This document shows, piece after piece, positions 40,618-52,608 of a stretch of DNA of 64,000 nt. This stretch comes from Octopus sinensis (Eukaryota), in NCBI RefSeq assembly GCF_006345805.1, contig NW_021832389.1, positions 1-64,000 on the forward strand. The letters are read 5' to 3'. Under the pieces are notes generated by a model. The model ran no database searches. It was given only the letters and a program-made list of their open reading frames with translations, and had not been told where the DNA came from. A program made the position numbers and the translations under genes. Numbering within the stretch: position 1 is the stretch's first letter; each line of letters starts with the position of its first letter.

Positions 40618-40784
40618 TTGAAGTTAACCTTGTTGCCATTTGCACCCAGAATATAAAGGTACTGATTATCAGAAGGCATTTTCTACTCCCCTCTTACTGT
40701 TGTGCACATGTATATGTAATAGTGATGCTAATAATGATAGTATCTCGCATGATGACAATGTATGAGTGTTCAGTTATTGCAGAA

Positions 40785-41057
40785 TGAGCTTCACAAATTG
40801 ATTTGTGTATAGCGATGAAACGTACGTACTGTATCTTCACTCACTCCTTCCATCAAATCGACGTTGCCTGAACAGGGGCACATTGTGCCACGTGTCAGGT
40901 GTCGCAGTGATCGCAGAGTAACGTGAGATGAAGTGTTTTGCTCAAGAACACAACGATCCAGGAGCCATCTGGTCCAAGCAGCAACCGGTACGGGTATTGA
41001 AACCCGGACTCCCGATCGCGAATTCATCACACTAACGACTAGTCCAACCGCTCTTAC
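40785..41057 (-). mobile_element. CORE-type SINE, tail T3 (diverged)
   Basis: gtgttttgctcaagaacacaac core; tail shared with 27275 copy. Confidence 0.75.
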
Positions 41058-41070
41058 AATATTATTATTA

Positions 41071-41107
<37 letters not shown>

Positions 41108-41223
41108 TAATAATGATAGTAATAATAATGATAATAATGATAATAATGATAATAATAATAATAATGATGATAATAATAATAATGGTAATAATAATAATGA
41201 TAATAATAATAATGGTAATAATG

Positions 41224-41261
<38 letters not shown>

Positions 41262-41263
41262 AA

Positions 41264-41387
41264 TACAAACGTTACAATTAATACTGATAATAATGATAAT
41301 AATAATAATAATAATGATAATAATGATAATAATAATGATAATAATAATGATAATAATAATAATAAACAAACGTTACAACTAGTACTG

Positions 41388-41418
<31 letters not shown>

Positions 41419-41515
41419 TAATAATAATGATAATAATAATAATGATAATAATGATAATATAATAATAATAATAATAATAATAATGATAATAATACAAACG
41501 TTACAACTAGTACTG

Positions 41516-41560
<45 letters not shown>

Positions 41561-41632
41561 GTAATACAAACGTTACAACTAGTACTGATAATAATAATAA
41601 TAATAATAATACAAACGTTACAACTAGTACTG

Positions 41633-41675
<43 letters not shown>

Positions 41676-41695
41676 AAACGTTACAACTAGTACTG

Positions 41696-41732
<37 letters not shown>

Positions 41733-41756
41733 AAACGTTACAACTAGTACTGATAC

Positions 41757-41788
<32 letters not shown>

Positions 41789-41817
41789 GTAATACAAACG
41801 TTACAACTAGTACTAAT
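41264..41817. repeat. Array of eight 25-bp cores TACAAACGTTACAACTAGTACTGAT separated by variable (AAT)n
   Basis: Cores start at about 41264, 41365, 41493, 41565, 41610, 41673, 41730, 41793. Confidence 0.95.
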
Positions 41818-43891
41818 ATTACTATGAATAACAACAACGACGATATTAAGAACATCAACAACAGCGTTAGGGCCACAGCATGAAGGCTATAAGACTACAT
41901 GCACTTTTTCTGGTCGAGTAGTTACCGTTTTATTTTATTATCCTATCTCGATATTTAAATGGTCGTTTATACCTCAATCACCTGCCGCCAGATGGAGATC
42001 CGTGTTGACGAAGCCATGTTGAACTTTCAGTTCACGTGCAAGTTCACAGCATTTACAACAGTGCAGGATATTTATATATTTAGAGAGAAACGAGAGAGAG
42101 GGAAAGAGAAAAGGGAGATAAACAAAAATCGATAGAGATGGCAGCAGTTTGATGTTTGTGAAGGTTTGTTTGATATGTTCTTTGTGTTTGCCCTCTACTG
42201 ATACAATCGGTTGAGAAGAAAACAAATAAGAAGCTACATTTTTGGAATACTGTTTCGTAAATGCAACTTGAGCTTGATGTTCAAGCCGTGACAGCAGTCA
42301 TATTTCTGATTGAAGTCATTCTAGCATTATCTATTATTTAACTCTAAGACTGAAGTGTGTAGCTGAAACTAAACTGAAGAGTAAAAATATCCAAATGCGT
42401 CACGTGACGTTTAGCAACGAATTTTTATTTTTAGTTCAAATCCTGGAGGAGTCGAACATGAATTTGTTATTCTTATGTGATCGATAAAATAAAGATACAA
42501 CCAAGTGTAGTAACCTTATAGTAAAGATTGTTTGCCAACATAACATGGCAGTCCTGGCTTAGGACTGATGCTGCTGTAATTTAGCCCCAGGAGACGTCGG
42601 CTCCAGCTGGCAATACGGCACAAACTGTGTCCTTATATTTTTGAACAAGGGAATCTAGTATCCCGCTCACCTCAAAACACAATCTGTGTATCGCGATTTT
42701 TGGGTTATGGCACCATTATCTCTTATAACCTCAACTTATATATATATTATATATATATAATATTATATATATATATATAATATATTAGATATATATATAT
42801 ATATATATATATACATACACACATACATAATTACTTACTCATTTATATGTATGTATGTATATATATATACACACAAATATGTGTATATGATATATGTATA
42901 TATATATATACACACAATATGTGTATAATGATATATGTTTATATACATACATACATACATTCATACATACATACATATACATACATACATATACATACAT
43001 ATATATAATCTCTGCGTGCATTTCAGTAACAGTATATTAATTATATTTGTACGTATGCATACATCTACATATATATATATATATGTATATGTATTATTCT
43101 AGACGCCACTTATCACCAATTTTAAACAATATTTTTTCTTTCTAGCTTTATTAGTTATTTATATTTAATATTTCATATTTCGAAACCATAAATTTCCGAA
43201 AAGTCGGTTAAAAATTTCCAGATCTCCCGGCAGTTGTCTTTATCTGTCTGTTTGTCTTTGTATGAATTTATCACGTTGTGTTTTTTTTGTCTTCACTTTT
43301 TTTGTGGTTTTTTGTCTTTTATTCTCGTTTTATGGAGACTAAGAATCATTAAAACGTTGCTGTGTCTCTAGTTTCTATATTTTTTCTCTTCTTATCACCA
43401 CTTGTCTTTTTATGATTTTTTTTCTTCTTTTCAATGTATGGTGCTTATTTTTTTTTTTTCTGTTACTATTTGGCCATTAGCTTTCTTAAGTAATGGGAAA
43501 GGTGAAATAGAAATAGTTTATCTGCTCTTGACTGCATTTGAGATTTCTTAAGGCCTCGAGAAAAAATATTAAAATCATATTAATAATATTAACCCGCTAA
43601 TTACACCAAATTATTATTCGTTGACATATTGGTATGAACTGACACACAGGAAAAACCTCGACTTTCCAAAGAAAAAAGAAATGAAATAAAATTTTTAATT
43701 TCCATCTTAATACTATAAAGTATTTTTAAAGAATTCCAGTTAAAAAATATTTCTAACTGTTTCTCTTTATAATATGAGTGCACAGGCATCATGTAAGCAG
43801 TGTGTTGTCGAATTTTAAGAAATTCACATTTTTCCTTCTTTCCTACCAATTTTTACCCTTTTTTTGCCTTCTTTCCCTTCTTTCTTTTTGT

Positions 43892-43919
43892 CTGATGAAG
43901 GACTAGCGACCGAAATATC
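43892..43919 (+). ncRNA. Possible minimal type I hammerhead ribozyme core (Penelope-like), degenerate
   Basis: CTGATGA-aggactagcgacc-GAAA-TATC; short GG/CC stem II and palindromic AT/AT stem III; stem I pairing poor. Confidence 0.3.
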
Positions 43920-44549
43920 AATGACTACTTCCGTTTCTTTCAAGCATTGCATCTATTGTAATAATACTCGTGTATTTTTTTTCGCCGCCACAACATATCA
44001 ATGAGGAAGGAAGGGGTGACAGATGAATAAGGAAGGAAGGGGTGATGGCAAAATTGGTAGTGGGATGATGGAAATTCTACGGTGAAAAAGAGTTTCAAAC
44101 AGCGTTTCAGCTCTGTGTGAATGTATGTGCGTGTATGTACGTAGAATGGATGTGAATGCTAGTACGCGTGCGCGCTTATGACGACAGTGGAAGTGGAATG
44201 GTGAACATTCAACGCTGAAACGAAAAATCAAACAGCGTTTCAGCTCTGTGTGAGTATATGTGTGTACGTGTGAGCGTGTACAAGGAAAATATTTGAATGT
44301 TTGTATGTGTGAACCAGCGTTCTTTCAGTAACAATGATTGATGTCACATCTCAAAAGACAACTTCTAGATAACTTTGACAATTGTATTAATTTTATTCAC
44401 CATCCATATTTGTATATAAAATACTACAATTAGCCGTCATTTTAAGGGCATGGGGCCCAGCTAGTTATACTAATAATTCTGCCTTTCATCGTTTCGTGAA
44501 GGATGTAATTGACTTGCTCCGTTCTTCAAAATCACAAGCTTTGTAGCTA

Positions 44550-44620
<71 letters not shown>

Positions 44621-44635
44621 GTTAATGTTATTATT

Positions 44636-44830
44636 ATTATTATTCAGTAGTTTTATTTTTATAGCATGCTTTCACTTCACTACTGAGCGCAGCTCTGTGT
44701 GCCTTGGGTATGTGCTGTGATTTGTCGTGATGCTCTGATGGTTATTGTATGGAAAGTGTTCTGCGTAGGATGTGTGCAGTGCCTAGTAGTGCAATTTTCT
44801 GTATGTTATATGTGTTTGTAAGTCCTGGTG

Positions 44831-44832
<2 letters not shown>
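44636..44832 (-). mobile_element. 5'-truncated R4/Dong LINE in (TAA)n
   Basis: PGLTNTYNIQKIALLGTAHILRRTLSIQ*, 3' UTR with aataaa, (TAA)n on both sides; Dong elements are known to target TAA repeats. Confidence 0.9.
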
Positions 44833-44884
<52 letters not shown>

Positions 44885-44961
44885 CATTATTATTATTATT
44901 ATTATTGAGACAGCAGAGTATACCATCAAAGTGACCCTGGGGTACAAATATACGAAGCCTA

Positions 44962-45296
44962 ATAAAAAAAAAAAAGACTCCGCCGGTTACGACGACGAGG
45001 GTCACAGCTGATACGATCAACGGAACAGCTTGCTCGTGAAATTAACGTGCAAATGGCTGAGCATTCCACAGACACGTGTACCCTTAACGTAGTTCTCGGG
45101 GATAATCAGCGTGACACAGAGAGTGACAAGGCTGACCCTTTGAAATACAAGTACAACTCATTTTTGCCAGCTGAGTGGACTGGAGCAACGTGAAATAAAG
45201 TGTCTTGCTCAAGGACACAACGCGTCGCCGGGAATCGAACTCACAACCTTACGATCATGAGCCGAATGCCCTAACCACTAAGCCACGCGCCCTCAC
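44962..45296 (-). mobile_element. H1 + CORE SINE, tail T1, poly(T) end, 10-bp TSD
   Basis: Near-identical to 19078 copy; acgaagccta at 44952 and 45297. Confidence 0.95.
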
Positions 45297-45843
45297 ACGA
45301 AGCCTAGTATAACCACCATGACTACCCGTCTGACAAGCGGACACCAGGCACATGCATAACAATCATATATGAGCGATATGATGATCTCACATCAAGATAT
45401 ACAAGGTATGACCTTGCAGGTGGGGTCCGGTTAGAATTTTCTTCAGGTTGAGTAGACCATCCCGCTCAAAAGGTCCCTGAATGAGGTTTGTTGAAGCATG
45501 GTGAAAGGAACACCCATGTTTCCACAGGTGACTTATTCAAACCCCAAAGAATTGATTTATTTCAACACATGGCTATGATGCCCACCCCCGCTGTTGTTGT
45601 TGTTGTTGTTGTTGTACTCTGACCCGGACAAATAGCACTCGTTAGAGTTCCCACAGTGGAGTAACAAGCATATCAAACACTGTATCTATATATTTGCTAG
45701 AAAGAGGTAGAAACTGATCAGTCCGGTATATATCGTTAATGGTAAATGTTTTTGATTTTCACTCTCGATGAATTTATCCCTTTTTGTGTCTCTAGCACTA
45801 GGCTTCCTTATTTGGAAGCCCTTTATTATATTTATATATTATA

Positions 45844-45888
<45 letters not shown>

Positions 45889-46269
45889 GTGTGTGTGTGT
45901 GTGTGTATATTGTTATATTTCGGAATGGTCAGTTTGCCAGTTTAGCCAATAAAAACACACGCACTATATATTTGGAGTTATTTTGCTACAGTGTTATTTA
46001 TTTTTTAACATTAATCTTAATCTTATTTCGGCCAGAGTTCTTTCGTCACAGTCCTGTGACCGCATCAGTGGTCCTTTGTTTTTCTTCTTTCTTATTGTGT
46101 CTCTCCTTACTAACCGTCAGCCATTTTGTACTTCTATTGTATGTCTTCATTTGCGCATGCTTATATCTCTATGTGCGTCTATGTTTATTTAGTGTTGTAT
46201 GTGGGGGATGCCTGTAATATTGTATCTTCTGTTTATTATGTTCATGTAATTTGTTTTTTGTATATATAT

Positions 46270-46300
<31 letters not shown>

Positions 46301-46351
46301 CATATATATACACACATATATAAACACATACATACAGCCTTACATACATAC

Positions 46352-46386
<35 letters not shown>

Positions 46387-46560
46387 AGTATGTAAGAATA
46401 TATGTATGTGTGTGTAAATATATATATATATATGCATGCATGTATGTATACATGCATACATATATATCTATGCACCTTATACTCAGATTTAGTATGTCAA
46501 TGTGCATACCAATACCTACTTATATCTCTCAATACCTCACCTTTCGTAATTATGTATCTG

Positions 46561-46599
<39 letters not shown>

Positions 46600-46830
46600 C
46601 TCTCTATCCCTCTACGTCTATCTACCCTCTACCTCCCTATCTGTCTATCTCTTAATGTTAACCCTTTCTCATCGCACTCTCCAGTCCATTCCATCGCAAC
46701 CATTTCTCAACAATATCCCGTTCAGAATCTTATGTTTCTTTCAACATCTTTCTCTACATCTCTCCATCCATATTCCTACCACTCTCTCTCTCTTCTTCTC
46801 TCTCTCTCTCTCTCCTTCTCTCACTCACTC

Positions 46831-46876
<46 letters not shown>

Positions 46877-47327
46877 AATACATATATACATACACATATT
46901 CTTCTTATCTAATACTTGGTTTCCATTGATCTGCTGTCAGTCATAAGTAAGCTTTGAACTAGGCTAATCGCTCGATTGCTTTGGTTGCGATCACGCGTTC
47001 ATTTTGATAGTTTCGTGGCGAAGAATCTCTTTTCCTTGTCAGTAACAGAGTTCAGAGCCAGCTTTGAGCGAACTCACAGACACTCTTTTCACTTTGATAT
47101 TGTGTATACTTTTCATAACAATATATCTTTGTACGTGCGTGCGTGCGCATATGTGCGTGTGTACATTACTGTGTTTGTATATACACACATTCATATGTAA
47201 AACCTACTTACATACACAAACATGTAAATATATATATATATATATATATAATGTATACAGATACATATTTATATATACAATTATTGGTACATATATATAC
47301 ATGTATGTGTATGTTTGTGCATGAGTG

Positions 47328-47377
<50 letters not shown>

Positions 47378-48169
47378 TATGTATGTAATATGGCATGTTA
47401 ATATATATATGTATGCATGCATGTAAGTGTATGTACATACATTTTATAGGTACGTAGGTGTATATATTTGAACGTAGACGTGTGTCTGTGTCTGTATATT
47501 TATGTGTGCCTAAATGTGTGTGTACGTATGTACATGTATATGTGCGCATATGTATATATATATGTGTGTGTGCGTGTGTGTCTACAAGTGCGTGTCTGCA
47601 TATGTATATGTGTTTGTGTGTGTGTGTGTAAATATATATATATATATATATATACATATGTTGATACACACACGCTCCTAGCGGGAAATGGTTGGTTGTG
47701 TTAAAATATTGACTAAAACACTTCTCAATACAGCAGAACCATTGCCTTGCAATTATGTTTCTTTCTTTTTGTTTTTTTTTTCGTTTCTTTTTCTTCTTTT
47801 TTTTTTTTGGAAAATGTTCAACTCCTGTAATTATGATTCCAAACTTGAAACATTCCGTACACACATACTCCTCTCCTCCCGCTTTCTCATGTGAAAATCA
47901 CATTTAGATGAAACTCTTTTCTGTAAATCATATTATTTTTACCCCACCATCAGCAACACCAAAAACCACCACTACCTCCATCACCATTACTCACCATCGT
48001 CACCATCAGCAACACCAGCGCCACCACCCATTTTCACGAAAGCCATTGGTTTAATGGTGAAGGTGTAAGTGGTACCAGACGAAATGGTTTGCAGAATTTG
48101 GGGCAATATTTGCCTGTATTTCCAGAACTTGAAAACTATGTGAGTCGATCTAAATTAATTGAGAACTAG

Positions 48170-48410
48170 TTCCCAGTACATGATTCCGGGTACAGTCCCA
48201 CTGCACGGCAGCTAAAAAATTTGCTTTTGACTATTGCGTCGGGCCGACTAAAGCTCTTTACGTGAACTTGGTAGATGGAAACTGAAAGAAGCCCATCGTC
48301 TGTGTGCGTATGTCTATCTCCCTACACCGCTTGTCAAGTATCTGGCCTTAAAAATTGAGTTGTAGCATCGATTCTTTCGACTAAAATTATTCAAGGCGGT
48401 GCCCCCACAT
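48170..48410 (+). mobile_element. Degenerate, internally deleted family C SINE
   Basis: gggtacagtcccactgc...gatggaaactgaaagaagccc...aaggcggtgcccc. Confidence 0.7.
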
Positions 48411-48419
48411 TATGGCTGC

Positions 48420-48757
48420 CCCCTGGTTACCGTGTATGGCCATTGCACGAAGCTTAACTGTTACTGGTGCTGTGATTGAATGTGACTTTTTAGCCCAGCT
48501 AAAGACCTACAATGTCTTGTACAAAATTGGCAACTAAAACCTGTACTGGTAATAGCCGGCCTGTAGTTGTAACTGGACTTCATATACCTTTGCATGTCGT
48601 TTAAGTCCTCCTGGCGAATTACACTCTCTTCCACATGCCCGACAGATATGATTAGTATGGTGTGTTACACCACCACCACCAGTGGCCAGGTTGTCACTCA
48701 TCTGTCTCGTTTTATGACTACGAAGATGACTTTTGAGTTCAGCTTTACTGAAGCAGA
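48420..48757 (-). mobile_element. 5'-truncated RTE-type LINE 3' end with C2H2 zinc fingers
   Basis: Open frame CFSKAELKSHLRSHKTRQMSDNLATGGGGVTHHTNHICRACGRECNSPGGLKRHAKVYEVQ...; C-terminal zf-C2H2 is described for octopus RTE LINEs. Confidence 0.75.
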
Positions 48758-48830
48758 GTCATCTTCGTAGTCATAAAACGATACAGATGAGTGACAACCT
48801 GGCCACTGGTGGTGGTGTAACACACCATAC
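48655..48830. repeat. Near-perfect palindrome, ~75-bp arms, ~24-nt loop
   Basis: gtatggtgtgttacacc...cgaagatgact / loop / agtcatcttcg...ggtgtaacacaccatac; right arm runs into (TACA)n. Confidence 0.97.
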
Positions 48831-48896
48831 ATACATAAATACATACATACATACATACATACATACATACTACATACATACATACATACATACATA

Positions 48897-48990
48897 TCCA
48901 GACTACGATTTCATATTCATCCCAATAATATTCGGGGCACTAGGTTTTGTTAGTTACTGCTTGAAGGAAAGTCTGGATAAATTGGTGTTT
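48897..48990 (+). mobile_element. R4/Dong-clade RLE fragment
   Basis: YDFIFIPIIFGALGFVSYCLKESLDKLV matches the IPIIIGALG.V...L...L.KL motif. Confidence 0.65.
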
Positions 48991-48994
48991 ACTT

Positions 48995-49810
48995 TTCCAA
49001 TGTTCTCCTACGAGAGATCCACACACTTCTTCTACCAGGGTTGGAAGGATTGAATCCAATTGGTGAAAATGCTTTCATCCTGTTGATCAAAATAGTCATA
49101 AACAGTAGGTATAACATCATCATCAATGTGATACATGTTCTCGGCCAGGTGAGTTTTTTAATGTTGGGGAATGGATGGTAGTTAGATGGAGCCAAATCAG
49201 AAGGAAAATGGGGGTTGTCAATCGCTTCAGAGCCATAGTTACACACGGAATTTTTCATCCCAATAAACTGAGGCCATCACTTTCACCTCTGACGAAACGG
49301 CCTTGGCTTTCTTTGGAACTGGTGAGAAAGAGTGTTTCCAGTACAAAGATTGTCTTTTTGTCTCTGGCTGAAAGTGAGAAGATCAACAGTCATTCTGGGT
49401 GAGGATATGTTCAAGGAATCCACCTGGATCTATCTCAAAGAATGTCAGATTTTCGCATAATGTGATCGCCCTAATGAAGTTTTGGTCAGGTGTCAGAAGA
49501 CGGGACAGAATTCTTTGTCATGCCAGGTTATTTATGCAGAATATTCTCGACTCTGCTACGAGAGATGTTAACAGCATCAGCTATTTAATATATAAGCAAT
49601 CTCCTGTCACCCATCACCCTGTGGCGAACACAGACAGTGTTTTCTTCGCTGTTGGCAGTTGTAGGGTATCCAGACCTTGGATTATCTCCAAGACAATCCC
49701 TTCTTCTGCGAAATGCAGCTTCCTATTTTTGGATTGTCAATGAAGCTGGTGCGCCATCTAGTATTTTTGCAACCAGCATAAATGTGGTTGGGGGCTAAAC
49801 CCTTTTTTCT
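48995..49810 (-). pseudogene. Decayed mariner transposase with internal deletion
   Basis: LGDNPRSGYPTT...DRRL...ISRSRVENIL...RLLTPDQ...QPETKRQSLYWKH...PKKAK...KVMASVYW joined almost directly to NPHFPSDLAPSNYHPFPNIKK; stops and frameshifts. Confidence 0.9.
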
Positions 49811-50005
49811 GAAGATACTTGATGCCAAATATTGTCCATTTTCAAGAGAATTCGTTATTTGTTACCTTGGAAATATTCTTTGAAAAGTCAGGTGTCAGTT
49901 TAACTGGAAACCAGCAAAGTGAATTTGAAATGGAAGCATACACGATTATCTCACCTTTAGCATCACTCCTTCATATCCAGCCTATGAAGGATTCAGTAAA
50001 TACCC

Positions 50006-50235
50006 ATTTCTTTATTACCCACAAGGGGCTAAACATAGAAGGGACAAACAAGGACAGACATAGGTATTAAGTCGATTACATCGACCCCAGTGCGTAACTG
50101 GTACTTAATTTATCGACCCCGAAAGGATGAAAGGTAAAGTCGACCTCGGCGGAATTTGAACTCACAACGTAACGGCAGACGAAATACCGATAAGCATTTC
50201 GCCCGGCGTGCTAAAGATTCTGCCAGCTCGCCTCC
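50006..50235 (-). mobile_element. Nin/Deu SINE (tail 1, acataggtattaag variant), 8-bp TSD
   Basis: taaatacc at 49997 and 50236. Confidence 0.93.
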
Positions 50236-50258
50236 TAAATACCACACACACACACACC

Positions 50259-50290
<32 letters not shown>

Positions 50291-50711
50291 TGTATGTATG
50301 TATATGTATGTATGTATGTATGTATTATGTATAAGTGTGTGTATGAATACATTAAAAACTATTGCATTGTTCCGGATACTGTCGACGGTCTGAGCAGCAC
50401 GGTGACATCTTTTGAAATACAATAGTATAATGTTCGTTTACGTGTATGTGTAGGTGTGTGTGTATGCGTGTGTGCGCGGACGTGTGTCTATTTAGATATT
50501 TTGGTTCCATTCATAAGTCCAATAAAGTTTCTAGAGTTAGTTCCGTGACCTATTATAGCTGACACCAATCTCTAGTCCAGCCAATGTTTTCCTACTATTT
50601 ATTCTACGTGCTGAGATGCAATTAATTTTCTCAGCTTGATTCCTGCTTTATACTTTCATAAAACATGTAATTATCCACATTTATCTGAAGGAGATAGCAT
50701 TTTTTCACCAG

Positions 50712-50936
50712 ATTTTCATCGATGTCAAAAACGGACTTATTCAATGCGTTATGCCAATGGCAACACACTTCTGACTACAAATCTGGACACACGTCATTTT
50801 ATTATAGTTGTCTTCGATCAGAGAAAATTCCTGACCGCAGCTGTTACTGTCTAGAAACGAATTTGACAACAACGGCAGAAATATCTATATCCTGGCTTGC
50901 TTTACAAGAAATAACTACTCTATCCCAATTAAACTC
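50712..50936 (+). CDS. Candidate 225-nt exon (phase 2-2), Cys-rich: FSSMSKTDLFNALCQWQHTSDYKSGHTSFYYSCLRSEKIPDRSCYCLETNLTTTAEISISWLALQEITTLSQLN
   Basis: cattttttcaccag| and AACTC|gtaatg bound a 75-codon open frame in non-repetitive DNA. Confidence 0.35.
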
Positions 50937-51145
50937 GTAATGTACGTTCTTAAAATATAAAGACAGATATTTATATAGTCGTAGCTCTATCGCAGAACAT
51001 CTAATTCCCAACCACAAGGTTCCATATTCAGTCGCACAACGGGAAGCAGAAGACACCTGCCCGACTAAAGTTTGTCAGTGGGTATAGTATATGGAAACGG
51101 ATAAAAGGCCGGTCGTAGATTTAAACACACACACACACATATATG

Positions 51146-51344
51146 TTATCCAAGGGAAAGGCAGAGGGGCTGATACAGCTTGGCACCAGTGATGTTGCAA
51201 CTCATCTCTACAGCTGAGTTAACTGGAGCAACGTGAAACAAATTGTCTTGCTCAAGAACACAATACGCAGCCGGCTCCGGGAATCGAACTGATAACCTCA
51301 CGATCGTAAGCTCGACGCTCTAACCACTGAGCCATGCGCCTTCA
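51146..51344 (-). mobile_element. H1 + CORE SINE, 5' half with start of tail T2
   Basis: Aligns to 19914-20110. Confidence 0.85.
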
Positions 51345-52298
51345 CTGTCTAACGAGTGATAGCAAGACGTAAACGAGAGATAACGAACCGATAAACGAAC
51401 CAACAATCTCTCTCAACCTATTAAGATTTACTCTCTCGATTTCATTTCATTTGGCGGGTTTCCGGTTACCCATGATCATTCAAAGGTTTAGCTGATCCCA
51501 GGTCACGGTAGAAAGGGGCCCATCTTAAACCAAGAGGATGCTTAATGGTATCAAACAACGTAGGTCTAAAGCAAAGCTGAGCAGGTTAACCAGACTGCTA
51601 CGTCTGCAAATGTTGCAAGCAAATATTAAACCATTCTGGCGAGCAACTGTAAACTGTTAATAAAATGATTGCTTCAACAAACCTCGGTAAACGAATGAAC
51701 CTCTTCGAAAATATTACATCGCCAGCGATGTTATATTGATATCTGTGACCTGAGGACGTATTTGTTTCGCTTGAAGGTTAACATGACCTCTCCACAGTAG
51801 ATTAGGGAACAGGTTTAGTGTGGTGACCCAAAGTTCTAATCATAGTTATTCTCCGTTTTCATGTTCTTTTTCTAGGGTCACGCGTTTTGATATGCAGGTC
51901 TTTGTCAGCTCAGCTCAGTCAACATGGCAGCAAATTTAATTCTGAAATGTTTTGTTTATTTGTTTGTTTGTCTCTTCGCAGATCGGTAGTTCAGTCGGCT
52001 GGTTAGTTGGTTGGTTGGTCGGTTGTTTGGTTCTTTCGTTGGGGGTGGGGGTGTCATTTTCCTTTCATTCGTGTTTTCATTTTTACTGTCTTTTTTTCTT
52101 TTCCCTCGACTGATGAAAGAACGGAAAAGGAAAAGCGTAGAAGAGAATGATAGAGAGAAAGAGGCAGACAAAGAGATAGAAAACTGAAAGAGTGAGAAAG
52201 AGAGGAGAGAGAAAGAGGTAGATGAAAGAGATTATGTGCGATATTGAGAGAGAGAGAGATGAAGCGATGGAGGTGGAGTTTTCAAGGAAAAACTGTCC

Positions 52299-52330
<32 letters not shown>

Positions 52331-52563
52331 GCGCGTGTATGTATGTATGTGTGTGCATGCGTATATATGTATATATATGTGTAATTATACACATATACAT
52401 ATGAATGCGTATTTGTGTATATTTGTGAGTAACTCTCGTTTATAAATTTATCTATGCGTGTGTATGCATCTGTATCTGTGCACTTGTGTATGTCTATGCC
52501 TAAGTAGAATTGTGTACATCGTTTCATGTGCATATATATACAAATACACACACACAGACACAT

Positions 52564-52608
<45 letters not shown>

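Noticed and set aside
41264-41817. CRISPR array
   Set aside because: Spacers are AAT microsatellite, not unique sequence; no cas genes; animal genome context.
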